64,000 bases of DNA from Alphaproteobacteria bacterium (GCA_017629245.1 JAGBXO010000002.1:86475-150474), one strand, 5' to 3'; counted from the first letter of the stretch, positions 30,209-42,508 are shown. The notes: generated by a model not told the origin, from the letters alone. Program-made: numbers and translations.

Positions 30209-31843
30209 ATGGCAAAAGATAAAGAAATCTTGGCGGATATTGATTTAGCAAACAAGCCGTCTGTACCGGCGGGGTTAGAAGGGGCAGAATCTAAGGATAT
30301 TATTGATTATTTGTTTGCGAATGGTAATCGTTTGCTGACGGCGACGGGGGCAATTTTAGAATTACCACATGATACACAAAGTTTGATTGCGTATTTTACC
30401 GGTGGGGAAATTATTATTTCGCGTACGCACCGCTATGATGGGCGGGTTTTGGCGTTTTTAGATTTACTGAAACGCCGTGGTCGAAAAATGCGCGAACCGT
30501 TTTATTCTGATTTGGGGTTGATATCAAATATATATAAATCTTATGAAATGCGTTTGGGGGGTGGGGCGCGCATCCGCCAGGACTTTGATAACCAAATGCA
30601 AAAGGATTTTGTTGATATTATTGCAAAAGCAGCGGCGCAAAAAGTGTCGGATGTTCATATAGAAGTTGCAGACCAAACAACAATCTTTTTTCGAATTGAC
30701 GGCAGTATGCAGCCGGTGATGGAATATAATTCGCAATGGGGGGAATCTTTTGTTCGTGCGGCGTTTGCGTCCGCGGATATGTCAAATGCGAACTATGCCC
30801 AGAATGAATATCAATCAGCACAAAAAGATGGACGGACACCTTTGCGTGGAACCAAGGATTTGTATCTGCCAACTGGGGTTTTGGGTGTACGTATGCAATT
30901 TAATCCGATTGCGTTTGGCAGTCGGTATGTTGTTATGCGTCTGTTGTATGATAATCCGTCCGAAGGGCTGAAGACAGAACAAGAATTTGGACCATATGAA
31001 CAGCGTCTGTTGGCGCGTTTGCGTTCTTTTCCAACAGGGTTAGTTATTGTTGCAGGGCCAACCAGTTCAGGAAAATCTACGACACTGGTGCGCAATATGT
31101 CAATGATGCTGCGTGAACGAAACTATGAAATCAATATGATTACGGTGGAAAATCCGGTTGAACAAAAGATTTTTGGCGCACGACAAATGCCTGTTGTTAA
31201 TACAACAAACGAAGAACAACGTGAAGAGAAGTATGTGGAAGCATTGGCGGCTGCGTTGCGCAGTGACCCAGATACCTTGATGGTTGGGGAAATTCGTACG
31301 CTGGCCGCGGCGCAGTTGACGGTACGTGGGGCGTTATCAGGACATAATGTTTGGACGACACTGCACGCGAATTCGGCCATGGCGGCATTGACAAGGTTGT
31401 TAGATTTAGGAATAGAACCGTTTAAGTTAAAAGAAGAAACGTTGATGCGTGGATTGGTTTCAATGAGGTTGTTTAAAAAACTGTGTCCGCATTGTCGTGA
31501 GCAATTGTCGGCACACCCAGAACGTGGTGCGTATCGTCGTGTTATGGATGCGTATGGTGATATTGGTCTGCGCCAGGTTTATCAACGCGGGGCAGGGTGT
31601 GAACACTGTAATGGAACAGGAAATATTGGTCGTATTAAGGCAGGTGAAATTATCATTACAAACAGTGAATTTTTGCGTCTGGCCTTGGCAGGAAATACAG
31701 ATGCGGCGGTGCGTTATTGGATAGAAGAAATGGATGGACGCACATTGAAAGAGGCGGCAGTGTCTCTGATGTTGCAGGGGGTTATTAGTATTGATGAAGT
31801 AGAGCGTTGGGTTGGTCAATTGAATCAGCCGGGGGTATATTGA
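30209..31843 (+). CDS. type IV pilus assembly ATPase (PilQ/BfpD, GspE family)
   Basis: SDVHIE, RIDG, GPTSSGKST, ALRSDPD.LMVGEIR, GH..WTTLHANS, two CxxC. Confidence 0.9.
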   Translation: MAKDKEILADIDLANKPSVPAGLEGAESKDIIDYLFANGNRLLTATGAILELPHDTQSLIAYFTGGEIIISRTHRYDGRVLAFLDLLKRRGRKMREPFYSDLGLISNIYKSYEMRLGGGARIRQDFDNQMQKDFVDIIAKAAAQKVSDVHIEVADQTTIFFRIDGSMQPVMEYNSQWGESFVRAAFASADMSNANYAQNEYQSAQKDGRTPLRGTKDLYLPTGVLGVRMQFNPIAFGSRYVVMRLLYDNPSEGLKTEQEFGPYEQRLLARLRSFPTGLVIVAGPTSSGKSTTLVRNMSMMLRERNYEINMITVENPVEQKIFGARQMPVVNTTNEEQREEKYVEALAAALRSDPDTLMVGEIRTLAAAQLTVRGALSGHNVWTTLHANSAMAALTRLLDLGIEPFKLKEETLMRGLVSMRLFKKLCPHCREQLSAHPERGAYRRVMDAYGDIGLRQVYQRGAGCEHCNGTGNIGRIKAGEIIITNSEFLRLALAGNTDAAVRYWIEEMDGRTLKEAAVSLMLQGVISIDEVERWVGQLNQPGVY

Positions 31844-31844
31844 T

Positions 31845-32915
31845 ATGAAAAAACTGGAATTATTATATGCTAAGATGATGTTCCGGTTGAATACGGAAAA
31901 GCGTATGGCGATTTGTCGCAAGTTGGCGTCGCTGTTGCGGAATGATTTTACACTGATTGATGCGCTGGAACGGTTGGAAATGGTGGAATCTAAAAATGGT
32001 AAAAAACCAAATGAACCATTTGCAATTGTTATGCGCCAGTGGCAAAAAAATCTGGAACGCGGTATGACTTTTTCTGAGGCCACGCGTGGTTGGGTGCCGC
32101 CGAATGAAACACTGTTGGTGACATCGGGAAATTTATCAAACCTGGTGGTTGCATTGGAAAATGTTGGGCGTGTGGTTGATGGTATGCAACGCATTAGGCG
32201 TGCAATGACAACGGCGGTTGCGTATCCTTTATTTTTATTGGCGTTGACATTTGGTATTATTATTATGGTTGGAATTTACCTGGTACCCCCATTAGCCGAG
32301 GTTGCAGGAAACTCTGTTGTATGGCGTGGGTCGGCGCGCAGTTTGGTGTGGCTGTCGGATGTGTCTATTAAATATTGGTATGTTTTCTTGATCGCATTTG
32401 CATCTGGTGTTGCGATTGTTTGGTTGACATTGGCGAATTGGACCGGGCGGTTGCGTGCAACATTTGATAAATTTCCACCATGGAGTACATATAAAATTCA
32501 GGTATCGGTTGGTTGGTTGATGAGTTTAGCTGCCATGGTCAGTGCGGGTGTGACAATTCCAGATGCAATGCGTATGTTGGCAGACAGTGCAAACAGATAT
32601 CTGCGCAATATTTTAGATAGGGCGTTAAGGTTTATTGCAAATGGCGATAACCTGGGGCGAGCGTTACAAAATACAAACCGTGGTTTCCCAGATGATGAAA
32701 TTATAGGCGACTTGACAATTTATGCAGATATGAATGGGTTTGATGAAAACCTGGCCCAGGTTGCAAATGATTATTTAAATGAATCTGTTCGCAAGATGGA
32801 AAAAATTTCAAATACGCTGAACAGTATGGGGATTTTACTGGTGTCTGCGATTATTGCGTGGGTTGTTTTGGGGACATTTCAGATGCAGGACCAGATTACA
32901 TCCGCATTATCGTAA
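31845..32915 (+). CDS. platform protein PilR/BfpE (T2SSF family)
   Basis: RGMTFSEA..GWVP.NE, AVAYP, GFPDDEII; 3 TM. Confidence 0.85.
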   Translation: MKKLELLYAKMMFRLNTEKRMAICRKLASLLRNDFTLIDALERLEMVESKNGKKPNEPFAIVMRQWQKNLERGMTFSEATRGWVPPNETLLVTSGNLSNLVVALENVGRVVDGMQRIRRAMTTAVAYPLFLLALTFGIIIMVGIYLVPPLAEVAGNSVVWRGSARSLVWLSDVSIKYWYVFLIAFASGVAIVWLTLANWTGRLRATFDKFPPWSTYKIQVSVGWLMSLAAMVSAGVTIPDAMRMLADSANRYLRNILDRALRFIANGDNLGRALQNTNRGFPDDEIIGDLTIYADMNGFDENLAQVANDYLNESVRKMEKISNTLNSMGILLVSAIIAWVVLGTFQMQDQITSALS

Positions 32916-32997
32916 TTTAGTGGTTAGTGATTGTGTGCGGCATTTGCCGCACATTATTGTGCCATCACTAATCACTTGCGACTATTCACTTACACTA

Positions 32998-36041
<3,044 letters not shown>

Positions 36042-36091
36042 TTGAATATGGCGCGGTTTTCCGCGCCATGAAATTATATGTGGGGATGATT

Positions 36092-36754
36092 ATGGCAGAT
36101 AGTTCGGATGCGTTGAAGCGGGCGCAGATTGATTTGAAAAATAGATTAAGATTATTAGATAATCGTTTTGGTGAACATTCGCCAATAAACAATGATATGT
36201 TGCCAAATATGCCACAGGGCAGTATGGTTGTTATTACAAAAGAAGTAAAAGATATATTAAGTTTGATTCAAGATAAAACACAGAGAGATAAAAAAGAAGT
36301 GCCTTTTCTTTTGTTTGGTAAAAACGAGGGGCAGGTTGTTTTTATAGATAATATTGATGCAGAATTGGATAATTTAAGCGGGGTTGAAGCAAATCATGCA
36401 AATTTGTTGCCGGCACTTGAAAAATTTATAAATAAGTCAAAAAAGGACGGCAGTGATATAGTTGTGCATGGGCATTCACATCCGATGACAAGTGAATATA
36501 ATAAAAGTTTTTCACTGGGTGATATGAATGCGTATAAAGATTTTCGCCTGGATAACGGGGTTTTTAGAACTGGGAAAATAGAACTTTGTTCTTGTTTGCT
36601 GGTTGATGGTAATTATAATTTTTTGTTCTTTGATGGTAATGATTATTATAAATTTAATGATGTTTTTGTGCAGGCTGAAAACGGTGATATCATAGAACAG
36701 TTGCCGTGTTATAAGAAGAGTCTGGGTCTTTATCGTGGAAATGAACGTGGATAA
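36092..36754 (+). CDS. JAB/MPN+ (JAMM) domain protein
   Basis: E (KEVPFLLFG)...HSHP...FSLGD JAMM-type motif. Confidence 0.65.
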   Translation: MADSSDALKRAQIDLKNRLRLLDNRFGEHSPINNDMLPNMPQGSMVVITKEVKDILSLIQDKTQRDKKEVPFLLFGKNEGQVVFIDNIDAELDNLSGVEANHANLLPALEKFINKSKKDGSDIVVHGHSHPMTSEYNKSFSLGDMNAYKDFRLDNGVFRTGKIELCSCLLVDGNYNFLFFDGNDYYKFNDVFVQAENGDIIEQLPCYKKSLGLYRGNERG

Positions 36755-36769
36755 AATAGGGGAGATTAT

Positions 36770-37066
36770 ATGTTTGAATTGCCAAAGATTATTAAAAGTG
36801 GACCCAGTCAAAAAGATAAACTAAATGCGGAAAAACAGGCCCTGGAAAAAGAAATCCAGGAACTGATGGCGCATGGTGGGGTCAGTGAAAGTCAAATATG
36901 GCATAAAAAAGCACGAATACAGGCGATTGATAAAGAGATAAAGGCATTGGAAACCAAGGGCTTTAATGCAGGTAATGATAAATTAAAGTCTATGATGGAG
37001 GCGCAAAATGGGCAAAGCCTTAGTCCGGAACAGATGGCGGCGGCCATGGGGGCGGGGCGCGAATGA
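36770..37066 (+). CDS. hypothetical helical-hairpin protein
   Basis: 98 aa with GGAG SD. Confidence 0.65.
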   Translation: MFELPKIIKSGPSQKDKLNAEKQALEKEIQELMAHGGVSESQIWHKKARIQAIDKEIKALETKGFNAGNDKLKSMMEAQNGQSLSPEQMAAAMGAGRE

Positions 37067-37707
37067 TTGATTTTTCGCAGAAATGGTTTTTTGATTTAGA
37101 TGTGCGACTGCGTGGGGCGGGGTTGGACAGTGATGTGCAATCTTTTGATGATATTTTACAGAATCTGAAATCGCGAAAAATTTATAATGCAGATGAATTT
37201 GCAGGGCATTGCGCATATGTTATTTTGGCAGGTGGATTTTCGCAACAAACAGCCAAGAAAATTCATGATAAAATTATGAATATGTTGCATAAATTTGGTG
37301 CTGATTACAATTTGTTAATTGGATTATTTAATAATAAAAATAAAGTTAATGCAATTTGTAAAATCTGGGAAAATCGTATTGATTTTTGTGATGAGTATTA
37401 TAAGTTAGAATCATTAGATGAACGGTTGCGGTACCTGCAAAAGTTGCCACATGTTGGTAAAATTACCGCCAATCATTTGGCGCGAAATCTGGGCGAAGAT
37501 GTTGTTAAATATGATGTATGGATTCAGCGATTGGGGTGTGCGTTTGTTGGAAAAAAATTGCCAATTGATAATGGTAATTTATCGGATGATGTAAAGCGGG
37601 CATGTGATGATATGTTTTTGCATTTGGTAGAGCAGACTGGTTTACCGCGTGGGTATATTGATGTTGTTTTGTGGAAATCTTGTCAGCAGGGGTTGATAAA
37701 GTTATGA
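37063..37707 (+). CDS. HhH-GPD-like DNA glycosylase family protein
   Basis: LQKLPHVGKITANHLARNLG...KYDVW helix-hairpin-helix plus Asp. Confidence 0.65.
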   Translation: MIDFSQKWFFDLDVRLRGAGLDSDVQSFDDILQNLKSRKIYNADEFAGHCAYVILAGGFSQQTAKKIHDKIMNMLHKFGADYNLLIGLFNNKNKVNAICKIWENRIDFCDEYYKLESLDERLRYLQKLPHVGKITANHLARNLGEDVVKYDVWIQRLGCAFVGKKLPIDNGNLSDDVKRACDDMFLHLVEQTGLPRGYIDVVLWKSCQQGLIKL

Positions 37708-38366
37708 ATGTGAAAATTGAACAATCGTGGAAAAATGCGCTAGGTGCAGAATTTGACAAGGATTACTTTGTTAAACTGACAGATTTTGTGCGCGGTGAGT
37801 ATTTGTCGGGTAAAACGATTTATCCTGCGCCACAAAATATTTTTAATGCATTTAATTTATGTCCGTTGGACCAGGTCAAGGTTGTTATTATCGGTCAGGA
37901 TCCGTATCATGAACCAGGGCAGGCGCATGGATTGTGTTTTTCGGTTTTGCCACCAACACCAATTCCACCGTCGTTGGTAAATATTTATAAAGAAATTGAA
38001 TCTGATCTGGGGCGGAAATCTGTCACAAATGGTGATTTGACACACTGGGCAAATCAGGGTGTGTTGTTGCTGAATTCTACATTGACGGTTCGCGCACATG
38101 CGGCGGCATCGCATGCCGGGCGCGGATGGGAAGAATTTACAGACAGTGTTATTCGTGCGGTATCTGCGCGCGAAAATATTGTTTATATGCTGTGGGGTTC
38201 GTATGCCCAGAAAAAAGCAGCATTTGTAAATCCAGAAAAAAATTTGGTGCTGCGCAGTGTGCATCCGTCGCCATTGTCGGCGTATAGGGGATTTTTTGGT
38301 TCCAGACATTTTAGCCAGGCGAATGAATACCTGGCCAGGTGTGGTAAAGCGCCGATTGAATGGTAA
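37704..38366 (+). CDS. ung: uracil-DNA glycosylase (family 1)
   Basis: GQDPYH, GLCFS, PPSL.NI, VLLLN, HPSPLS. Confidence 0.97.
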   Translation: MNVKIEQSWKNALGAEFDKDYFVKLTDFVRGEYLSGKTIYPAPQNIFNAFNLCPLDQVKVVIIGQDPYHEPGQAHGLCFSVLPPTPIPPSLVNIYKEIESDLGRKSVTNGDLTHWANQGVLLLNSTLTVRAHAAASHAGRGWEEFTDSVIRAVSARENIVYMLWGSYAQKKAAFVNPEKNLVLRSVHPSPLSAYRGFFGSRHFSQANEYLARCGKAPIEW

Positions 38367-38373
38367 GGGGTGG

Positions 38374-38931
38374 TTAAAAACTGTATGTCAGGCCCAGGCC
38401 ATAAAATGCATATGAATTGTTTTCCGGTGCGGTATTGCCGTTGGAAAAATGTTGCATAAATATTTCTGCCGCAGTGCATTCAGATAGTCTGTATCCAGCA
38501 CCCAGTTTAAAACCGAACAATAATTTTGAACCGATTCGTTCATTCTGTTGTGCTTGCATCCCGACACCAAGTCCAATGAAGGTGTACCAGTTGTCCCCAT
38601 AGAATGGAATAACGTCTTCAGATAGCATGGCGATTGGAATTGTGTATTTATCCCAATGCCAACCATATTTTTTACCATGTCCCAATGTTTGGATTATGTT
38701 TAATGACTTGCGTGCGTACATTCCAAAAAAATTGGTGGGCTGGGAATACTGTGCATGCAGCATTATAAATGGTACCCATTGTGTTGGTGGTGGTAACAGA
38801 AAACCGCTGTTTACCCCATAACCAATATGGAATGCAATCTGTTGTTCGTATCCGTTAAAAAAGGGGTTGTTTTCTGCGTGTACAGGAATTATATGCAGGG
38901 TAAAAATCAGTGCGTATAAAAATTTTTTCAT
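38374..38931 (-). CDS. PagL-like lipid A 3-O-deacylase (acyloxyacyl hydrolase) barrel
   Basis: Signal peptide, HFSNG..N motif, C-terminal TYSF. Confidence 0.75.
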   Translation of the reverse strand: MKKFLYALIFTLHIIPVHAENNPFFNGYEQQIAFHIGYGVNSGFLLPPPTQWVPFIMLHAQYSQPTNFFGMYARKSLNIIQTLGHGKKYGWHWDKYTIPIAMLSEDVIPFYGDNWYTFIGLGVGMQAQQNERIGSKLLFGFKLGAGYRLSECTAAEIFMQHFSNGNTAPENNSYAFYGLGLTYSF

Positions 38932-39070
38932 AGTGATGCATATAGTATTATATTTATGGTTTGTGTTCAATTAATTTTATTAAAATAAATAATGATTTTA
39001 AATAAGAATAAAATCGTTATGTTGGTTTTTCTTGCAATTATAAAAAATATTGTTATAATGCGTGGCGTTT

Positions 39071-39145
39071 GGCAGCGTAGCTCAGTGGTAGAGCAGAGGA
39101 ATCATAATCCTTTGGTCGGGGGTCCGAATCCCTCCGCTGCTACCA
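39071..39145 (+). tRNA. elongator tRNA-Met (CAT)
   Basis: GGCAGCG...GAGGA-ATCATAA-TCCTT...CGCTGCTACCA; promoter TTGCAA/TATAAT upstream, terminator downstream. Confidence 0.9.
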
Positions 39146-39286
39146 AGATTTCCCGGTTAACCGGGATTTTTTTATTTAGTAAAAATTTTCCGATTTTGTC
39201 CGAATTTGTCAGTTTTAGCAGATATATTTACATATAGTGGACATAATTTCGGACATAGAAAACACCGCCTGTTTGGGCGGTGGGGA

Positions 39287-40168
39287 TTATCGTGTGTTTT
39301 GCTTTTCTTTGTTAAATGCAGACAGGATTTCTGTGGCATTGCGATGCAGATGTTGTTGGATGGTACGAAATGATGCTTTTTCTCCAATTTGAATCCAGCC
39401 ACGGGGGTATTTTTCAAACTGTTTGGTTTTTGGATTGTATGAAATAAACGTGCTGTAAAATATTGCTGTTAAATCATACGGATCGTCATCTTCATCAATC
39501 TGGGACGAATGATTAGGTTGGTGGGTGTATGTTCCCCAAGTGTATACTGTGGGGATGCTGGCGATAAATGCCAATTCACGACCATTGAAATCTGGGTGTG
39601 ATTCTAACAAGTGTTTTATGTTGGATAGTGCTTCTACTTCGCTATCTTTTTGGTAGTCTGGATTGTGGTAAAAATGGCATAAGTACAAATGATCCCAACG
39701 CACATTTAACATTTGTTGAATCATTTTTGGGGTTAAATCTGTTATTTTATAAGAATTAGGTGTTGGTTCGGCCGGTGTTATTGTTTTATTTACAGTAGGC
39801 GTTGTTGTCTGTGGATTGTTTTGAATATTTTTTAACTGCCAATTTTTTATAGATTCCAATATGTTCAAAATCTGTTCTGCCCTTTGTGGGGATGGTTTGT
39901 TGTCGGGGGGTAGATAGTTCCAATGAATTTTTTGCCGCCAAAGTTCTATTTGTTTTATAACATCATACATCTGGGGTGTGTTTTTAATGTGTGTTGATAT
40001 CATCAATGGATACCAATAACGAAATCTGTCATGGCATGCTTTGCGGCTGTATTTTATGTTTGATATGGTCAGTTGTCTAAATAAATCATCAGGGCATTTT
40101 GAACGAAATTCTTGGTAGGTATCTCGGTCCATATAAATATGTACATAACGCTTGTTCTGTTTTGACAT
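39287..40168 (-). CDS. hypothetical protein
   Basis: 293 aa, Thr/Pro-rich linker, no recognised domain. Confidence 0.65.
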   Translation of the reverse strand: MSKQNKRYVHIYMDRDTYQEFRSKCPDDLFRQLTISNIKYSRKACHDRFRYWYPLMISTHIKNTPQMYDVIKQIELWRQKIHWNYLPPDNKPSPQRAEQILNILESIKNWQLKNIQNNPQTTTPTVNKTITPAEPTPNSYKITDLTPKMIQQMLNVRWDHLYLCHFYHNPDYQKDSEVEALSNIKHLLESHPDFNGRELAFIASIPTVYTWGTYTHQPNHSSQIDEDDDPYDLTAIFYSTFISYNPKTKQFEKYPRGWIQIGEKASFRTIQQHLHRNATEILSAFNKEKQNTR

Positions 40169-40293
40169 GTTTGACTTTTTTAATCTTTTACATAAGTTTT
40201 ATAGCATAAAATTGCAGATTTGCAAGCGGTGTGGTGGTTTTTTATTGCGGGGGTGCGTGGGGCAGGCTAATATAATAAAAAAAGGTGCAGGTT

Positions 40294-41088
40294 ATGACAC
40301 GGCGGTTATTTATTTTTGCAGCATATGATAAAGATAATATTGTTGATGATTCTGTGATGTTTTATTTGCGGGCTTTGTCAGAGGTGGGGGATATTGTTTT
40401 TATGGCGGACAATGATTTGCCGGATGATGAATTGGCGTGTGTTAGAATGGTGCCAAATGTATTATATGCCGGGGCGATGCGACATGGGGAATATGATTTT
40501 GGTTCATATCGGCGTGCCTTTGGCTGGGCGAAAAATGCAGAAATATTAAATAATTATGATTGGGTTTGGTTTGTTAATGATTCTGTGTATGGGCCAATTG
40601 GTGATTTGAAAGGTTGTCTGGCGTGGCTGGAATCAGGTGGGGCGCAATTCGTTGGTATGGTGGCAAATTCTGATAAAAATACGCCGCCACATATTCAATC
40701 GTGGTTTATGGGTATTTGTCGCGATTTAGCATTGCAAGATTTTGTACAGGATTTTTGGGAAAATGTGACAAAATTAGAAAATAAAAATCAAATCTGTATG
40801 AAGTACGAAGTTGGATTTTCCGAACTGATGCGTGCACATGGTGTTGGGTTCAAGGCGTTGTTGGTGCAAAACAGTCATAAATGCAATATGGTTTACAGAA
40901 AACCATATCGTGCGTTACGTTGCGGATTGCCGTTTATAAAACGGTCTGGGTTGAAAAATATGTTTGATTTTGATGTTGTGGCACGGTTTGTAAAAAATCA
41001 AATTTTATTAAATGCGATAATTGAAAATGCAAATAGGTGCGGTGTTGTTTTCAAAAAGCAGGGGTGGTTTAGGCGGTTGTTTGTGTGA
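40294..41088 (+). CDS. rhamnan synthesis F (RgpF)-like protein
   Basis: FAAYDKDNIVDD, RHGEYDFGSY, NDSVYGP, HIQSWF, YEVGFS, PFIKR. Confidence 0.75.
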   Translation: MTRRLFIFAAYDKDNIVDDSVMFYLRALSEVGDIVFMADNDLPDDELACVRMVPNVLYAGAMRHGEYDFGSYRRAFGWAKNAEILNNYDWVWFVNDSVYGPIGDLKGCLAWLESGGAQFVGMVANSDKNTPPHIQSWFMGICRDLALQDFVQDFWENVTKLENKNQICMKYEVGFSELMRAHGVGFKALLVQNSHKCNMVYRKPYRALRCGLPFIKRSGLKNMFDFDVVARFVKNQILLNAIIENANRCGVVFKKQGWFRRLFV

Positions 41089-41159
41089 TGTTTGTATGGT
41101 TGACTTTTTTTGTGCATTTCACCATAATATGGGCGATGAAAGGTAAAGGATATTTAATT

Positions 41160-41657
41160 ATGTGGAAATTTTTAGTGGCCGTATTTGCATTATTGCCGGG
41201 TGTTGTGATGGCAAATCCGGCGTGTCCGGTTTGTACAATTGCCATTGGGGCAGGGCTGGATATTGCACGTCGATTGGGCGTGCCAGACAGTGTGGTTGGC
41301 CTGTGGGCTGGGGCATTGTTAACGCTGTTGGGGTATTGGATGTTGAAATGGATGGATAAGAAAAACTGGTATTTCCCGGGGCGTGATGCGATTGTGATTA
41401 TATTGTCGGTTGCGATGATTGGCTTTGCGTATTTTGGGACTGTTAAATATAATCCAGTATCTATTTGTGGTGCCTTTGTTATGGATCCTGTGTTATTTGG
41501 GACGATTTGTGGTGCATTGATATTTATTTTGACAAGTAAACTGTATCAATGGATGAAGGAAAAAAACGGTGGTCATGCACACTTTCCATTTGAAAAGGTA
41601 GTATTGCCAGTGGTCGCACTGGCGTTGGTCAGTTGGCTGATGATTGCGTGTTTATAG
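41160..41657 (+). CDS. conserved membrane protein with CPVC motif
   Basis: Signal peptide then NPACPVCTIAIG; about 4 TM; HFPFEKVVLP. Confidence 0.75.
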   Translation: MWKFLVAVFALLPGVVMANPACPVCTIAIGAGLDIARRLGVPDSVVGLWAGALLTLLGYWMLKWMDKKNWYFPGRDAIVIILSVAMIGFAYFGTVKYNPVSICGAFVMDPVLFGTICGALIFILTSKLYQWMKEKNGGHAHFPFEKVVLPVVALALVSWLMIACL

Positions 41658-41683
41658 GAATTTTAAGAAAGGGGAAAAATAAA

Positions 41684-42241
41684 ATGAAGAAAATTGAATC
41701 TGTTCAGGAATTTGTTGAAAAATTAGATGCCGCGAAAAAGGTTAATCCAAAAGATTTGTCATCTGATCAGGATTTGACAATTGGTATTATGAATCTGATT
41801 TCAATTGAAGAACATTTGATGTTTTCTGGTGCAAAGACAGGTAAAACAGAATTTTATGACCTGATTAATGAAGTGCGTGAAATGCGCAAGAATGCAATGC
41901 TAAAAATTATCCCATCGTATGAGGGGGAGGTTTGGTGTATTTCTAAGCATTTGTTGGCGGCATCAATGCGTGTATTCGAAGTTGGAACCAAGGCGTTGTC
42001 CGCCGGTGACAAGCAGACCGCGTATGATTTATTTGATCAATCGTATGGTCTGTATTGCATGTTCTGGGGGCTGAATATGGGGATGTTGACAGGTGATAAG
42101 AAGGATGTAAAGGTGTCTAAAAAGTCTGTGGCTGTTAAGGAAACAATCGTCGCAGCGCCTGTTGCAAAGTCAGAAGAAAAAGGCGGTATGAGCAAGCTGA
42201 AGAGTTGGGTTCGGAATGCGGTTAACTGTTGCATAGAATAA
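41684..42241 (+). CDS. conserved hypothetical protein with C-terminal CCIE
   Basis: MNLISIEEH, WCISKHLL, ends NCCIE. Confidence 0.75.
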   Translation: MKKIESVQEFVEKLDAAKKVNPKDLSSDQDLTIGIMNLISIEEHLMFSGAKTGKTEFYDLINEVREMRKNAMLKIIPSYEGEVWCISKHLLAASMRVFEVGTKALSAGDKQTAYDLFDQSYGLYCMFWGLNMGMLTGDKKDVKVSKKSVAVKETIVAAPVAKSEEKGGMSKLKSWVRNAVNCCIE

Positions 42242-42244
42242 AAT

Positions 42245-42354
42245 AAAAATTAAATCTAATGGCATATCTAAAGCGGGTTGGTAATGGCTCATGTAACTTC
42301 TGTACACTACGCCATTTCCAACCCGTTTATCTTATACCATTATCTTTAATTTTA
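42245..42354. mobile_element. palindromic MITE/RPE-like element, copy A
   Basis: AAAATTAAA...TTTAATTTT ends, paired arms, CTCATGTA..TGTACACTACG core; related copies at about 61 kb. Confidence 0.75.
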
Positions 42355-42382
42355 CCCCGCTGCAAGGGGGATTTTTTTATTC

Positions 42383-42410
42383 TTGCTTTTTATGTGTGTG
42401 ACGTTATAAT
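42383..42410 (+). promoter_or_regulatory. promoter of the tRNA-Thr/aspS unit
   Basis: TTGCTT-16bp-TATAAT. Confidence 0.55.
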
Positions 42411-42425
42411 TGTGAAAGTTTTGTT

Positions 42426-42499
42426 GCCCTAATAGTCTAGTGGTAAAACACGTCCTTGGTAAGGACGAGTCGCAAGTCCGATTCTTGCTTAGGGCACCA
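42426..42499 (+). tRNA. tRNA-Thr (GGT)
   Basis: GCCCTAA/TTAGGGC-ACCA acceptor, CGTCC-TTGGTAA-GGACG anticodon arm. Confidence 0.9.
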
Positions 42500-42508
42500 G
42501 ATTTTATG

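Noticed and set aside
31460-32194. Long antisense ORFs (244 aa here; also 12893-13492, 47649-48221, 59303-59941)
   Set aside because: Shadows of well-supported genes on the opposite strand with no recognisable motifs
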